Positions 62,479 through 64,000 of a stretch of 64,000 nucleotides of DNA are shown one piece after another (positions within the stretch are counted from its first letter, which is position 1; every line of letters begins with the position of its first letter). The notes under the pieces were generated by a model. It saw only the letters and a program-made list of their open reading frames with translations. It made no database searches and was not told where the DNA came from. This DNA is from Squalus acanthias (Eukaryota). Both the position numbers and the translations under genes were made by a program. Location: the NCBI GenBank assembly GCA_030390025.1, contig CM059432.1, positions 61,134,001-61,198,000 on the forward strand, given 5' to 3'.

Positions 62479-64000
62479 AACATAGAAACATAGAAACATA
62501 GAAAATAGGTACAGGAGTAGACCATTCGGTCCTTCGAGCCTGCACCGCCATTTAATGCGTTCATGGCTGAACATGCTACCTCAGTACCCCATTCCTGCTT
62601 TCTCGCCATAACCCTTGATCCCCCTAGTTGTGAGTGTTATATCTAACTCCCTTTTGAATATATTTAGCGAACTGGTCTCAACAACCTTCTGTGGAAGAGA
62701 ATTCCATAGATTCACCACTCTCTGGGTGAAGAAGTTCCTCCTCAGCTCAGTCTTAAATGGCTTCCCCTTAATCCTTAGACTGTGACCCCTGGTTCTAGTT
62801 TTCCCTAACATTGGGAACATTCTGCCCGCATCTAATTTGTCTAAACCAGTCAGGATTTTAAATGTCTCTATAAGATCCCCCCTCATTCTTCTGAACTCCA
62901 GAGGATACAAGTTCAGTTGACCCAATCTTTCTTGATATGTCAGACCGCCCATCCCAGGAATCAATCTAGTGAACCTTCGCTGCACTCCCTCAATAGCAAG
63001 AATGTCCTTCCTTAAGTTAGGAGACCAAAACTGCGCACAATACTCCAGGTGTGGCCTCACCAAGGCCCTGTACAACTGCAGCATCACCTCCCTACTCCTG
63101 TACTCAAATCCCCTTACTATGAAGGCCATCATTCCGTTTGCTTTCTTGACTGCCTGCTGCACTTGCATTCCCACCTTCAGTGACTGATGTACCATGACGC
63201 CCAGGTCTTGTTGCACCTCCCCTTTCCCTAATCTGCCACCATTCAGGTAATAGTCCGCCTCTCTATTTTTACCACCAAAGTGGATAACCTCACATTTATC
63301 CACATTGTACTTCATCTGCCATACATTTGCCCATTCACCCAACCTGTCCAAGTCACTCTGTAGCCTCCTAGCATCCTCCTCATTGTTCACACTGCCTCCC
63401 AATTTAGTGTCATCCGCAAATTTGGAGATATTACATTTAATCCCTTCGTCCAAATCATTAATATATAATGTAAACAGCTGGGGTCCCAGCACCGAACCCT
63501 GCGGTACCCCGCTGGTCACTGCCTGCCATTCTGAAAAGTACCCATTTACTCCTACTCTTTGTTTCCTGTGTGCCAACCAGTTCTCAATCCACGTCAACAC
63601 ATTACCCCCAATCCCATGTGCTTTAACTTTGCTCACCAATCTCTTGTGTGGGACCTTGTCGAAGGCCTTCTGAAAGTCCAAATACACCACATCTACTGGT
63701 TCCCCCCTGTCCACCCTATTGGAAACATCCTCAAAAAATTCCAGAAGATTTGTCAAGCATGATTTCCCTTTCACAAATCCATGCTGACTTGGACCTATCA
63801 TGTCGCCACTTTCCAAATGGTCTGTTATGACATCTTTAATAATTGCTTCCATCATTTTACCCACGACCGATGTCAGGCTGACCGGTCTATAATTCCCTGC
63901 TTTCTCCCTCCCTCCTTTTTTAAAAAGAGGGGTTACATTGGCCACCCTCCACTCCATCGGAACTGATCCAGAGTCTAAGGAATGTTGGAAAATGATCGTC
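62479..64000 (-). mobile_element. Young CR1 LINE running off the window end, (TTTCTATG)n tail
   Basis: (AACATAGA)n at 62479-62503; uninterrupted RT frame. Confidence 0.95.
62581..64000 (-). CDS. CR1 ORF2 reverse transcriptase (partial, open to the window edge)
   Basis: At least 458 aa open with NYRPVSL, QHGF, DFQKAFDKV, GVPQGSVLGP, FADD and RPHLEYC. Confidence 0.9.
   Translation of the reverse strand, partial: TIIFQHSLDSGSVPMEWRVANVTPLFKKGGREKAGNYRPVSLTSVVGKMMEAIIKDVITDHLESGDMIGPSQHGFVKGKSCLTNLLEFFEDVSNRVDRGEPVDVVYLDFQKAFDKVPHKRLVSKVKAHGIGGNVLTWIENWLAHRKQRVGVNGYFSEWQAVTSGVPQGSVLGPQLFTLYINDLDEGIKCNISKFADDTKLGGSVNNEEDARRLQSDLDRLGEWANVWQMKYNVDKCEVIHFGGKNREADYYLNGGRLGKGEVQQDLGVMVHQSLKVGMQVQQAVKKANGMMAFIVRGFEYRSREVMLQLYRALVRPHLEYCAQFWSPNLRKDILAIEGVQRRFTRLIPGMGGLTYQERLGQLNLYPLEFRRMRGDLIETFKILTGLDKLDAGRMFPMLGKTRTRGHSLRIKGKPFKTELRRNFFTQRVVNLWNSLPQKVVETSSLNIFKRELDITLTTRGIKGYGEKAGMGY

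Noticed and set aside
1..64000. CRISPR arrays or prokaryotic operons and defence systems
   Set aside because: No regularly spaced repeat-spacer array or operon-like gene density; the content is vertebrate transposable-element sequence.

Overview
Eukaryotic, vertebrate-type, repeat-dominated DNA. It is most likely from a cartilaginous fish (shark), inferred from an HE1/V-SINE-type SINE and the CR1, L2 and Penelope-type repeats. No host protein-coding exon could be supported. The window is a layered mosaic of: (i) many CR1-clade LINEs of several subfamilies with 8-nt tails, a second CR1/L2-group LINE family, L2 and RTE fragments; (ii) a dense PIF/Harbinger assemblage, namely two full-length but decayed two-gene elements (3-exon Myb/SANT-like gene convergent with a DDE transposase, TIRs, 3-bp TSDs), an internally deleted third element, several older transposase relics and at least three MITE families; (iii) SINEs (V-SINE/HE1-like, LF-SINE-like); (iv) short Penelope-like non-autonomous insertions with long TSDs that carry minimal type-I hammerhead ribozyme motifs, one as a near-perfect ~190-bp palindrome with a hammerhead motif on each strand. 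The most notable observations are the hammerhead-bearing mini-elements, a shared palindromic Harbinger target-site consensus, a CRE+TATA module retained across Harbinger derivatives, and up to four levels of nesting. All coordinates were read by eye; repeat boundaries without a TSD are approximate.
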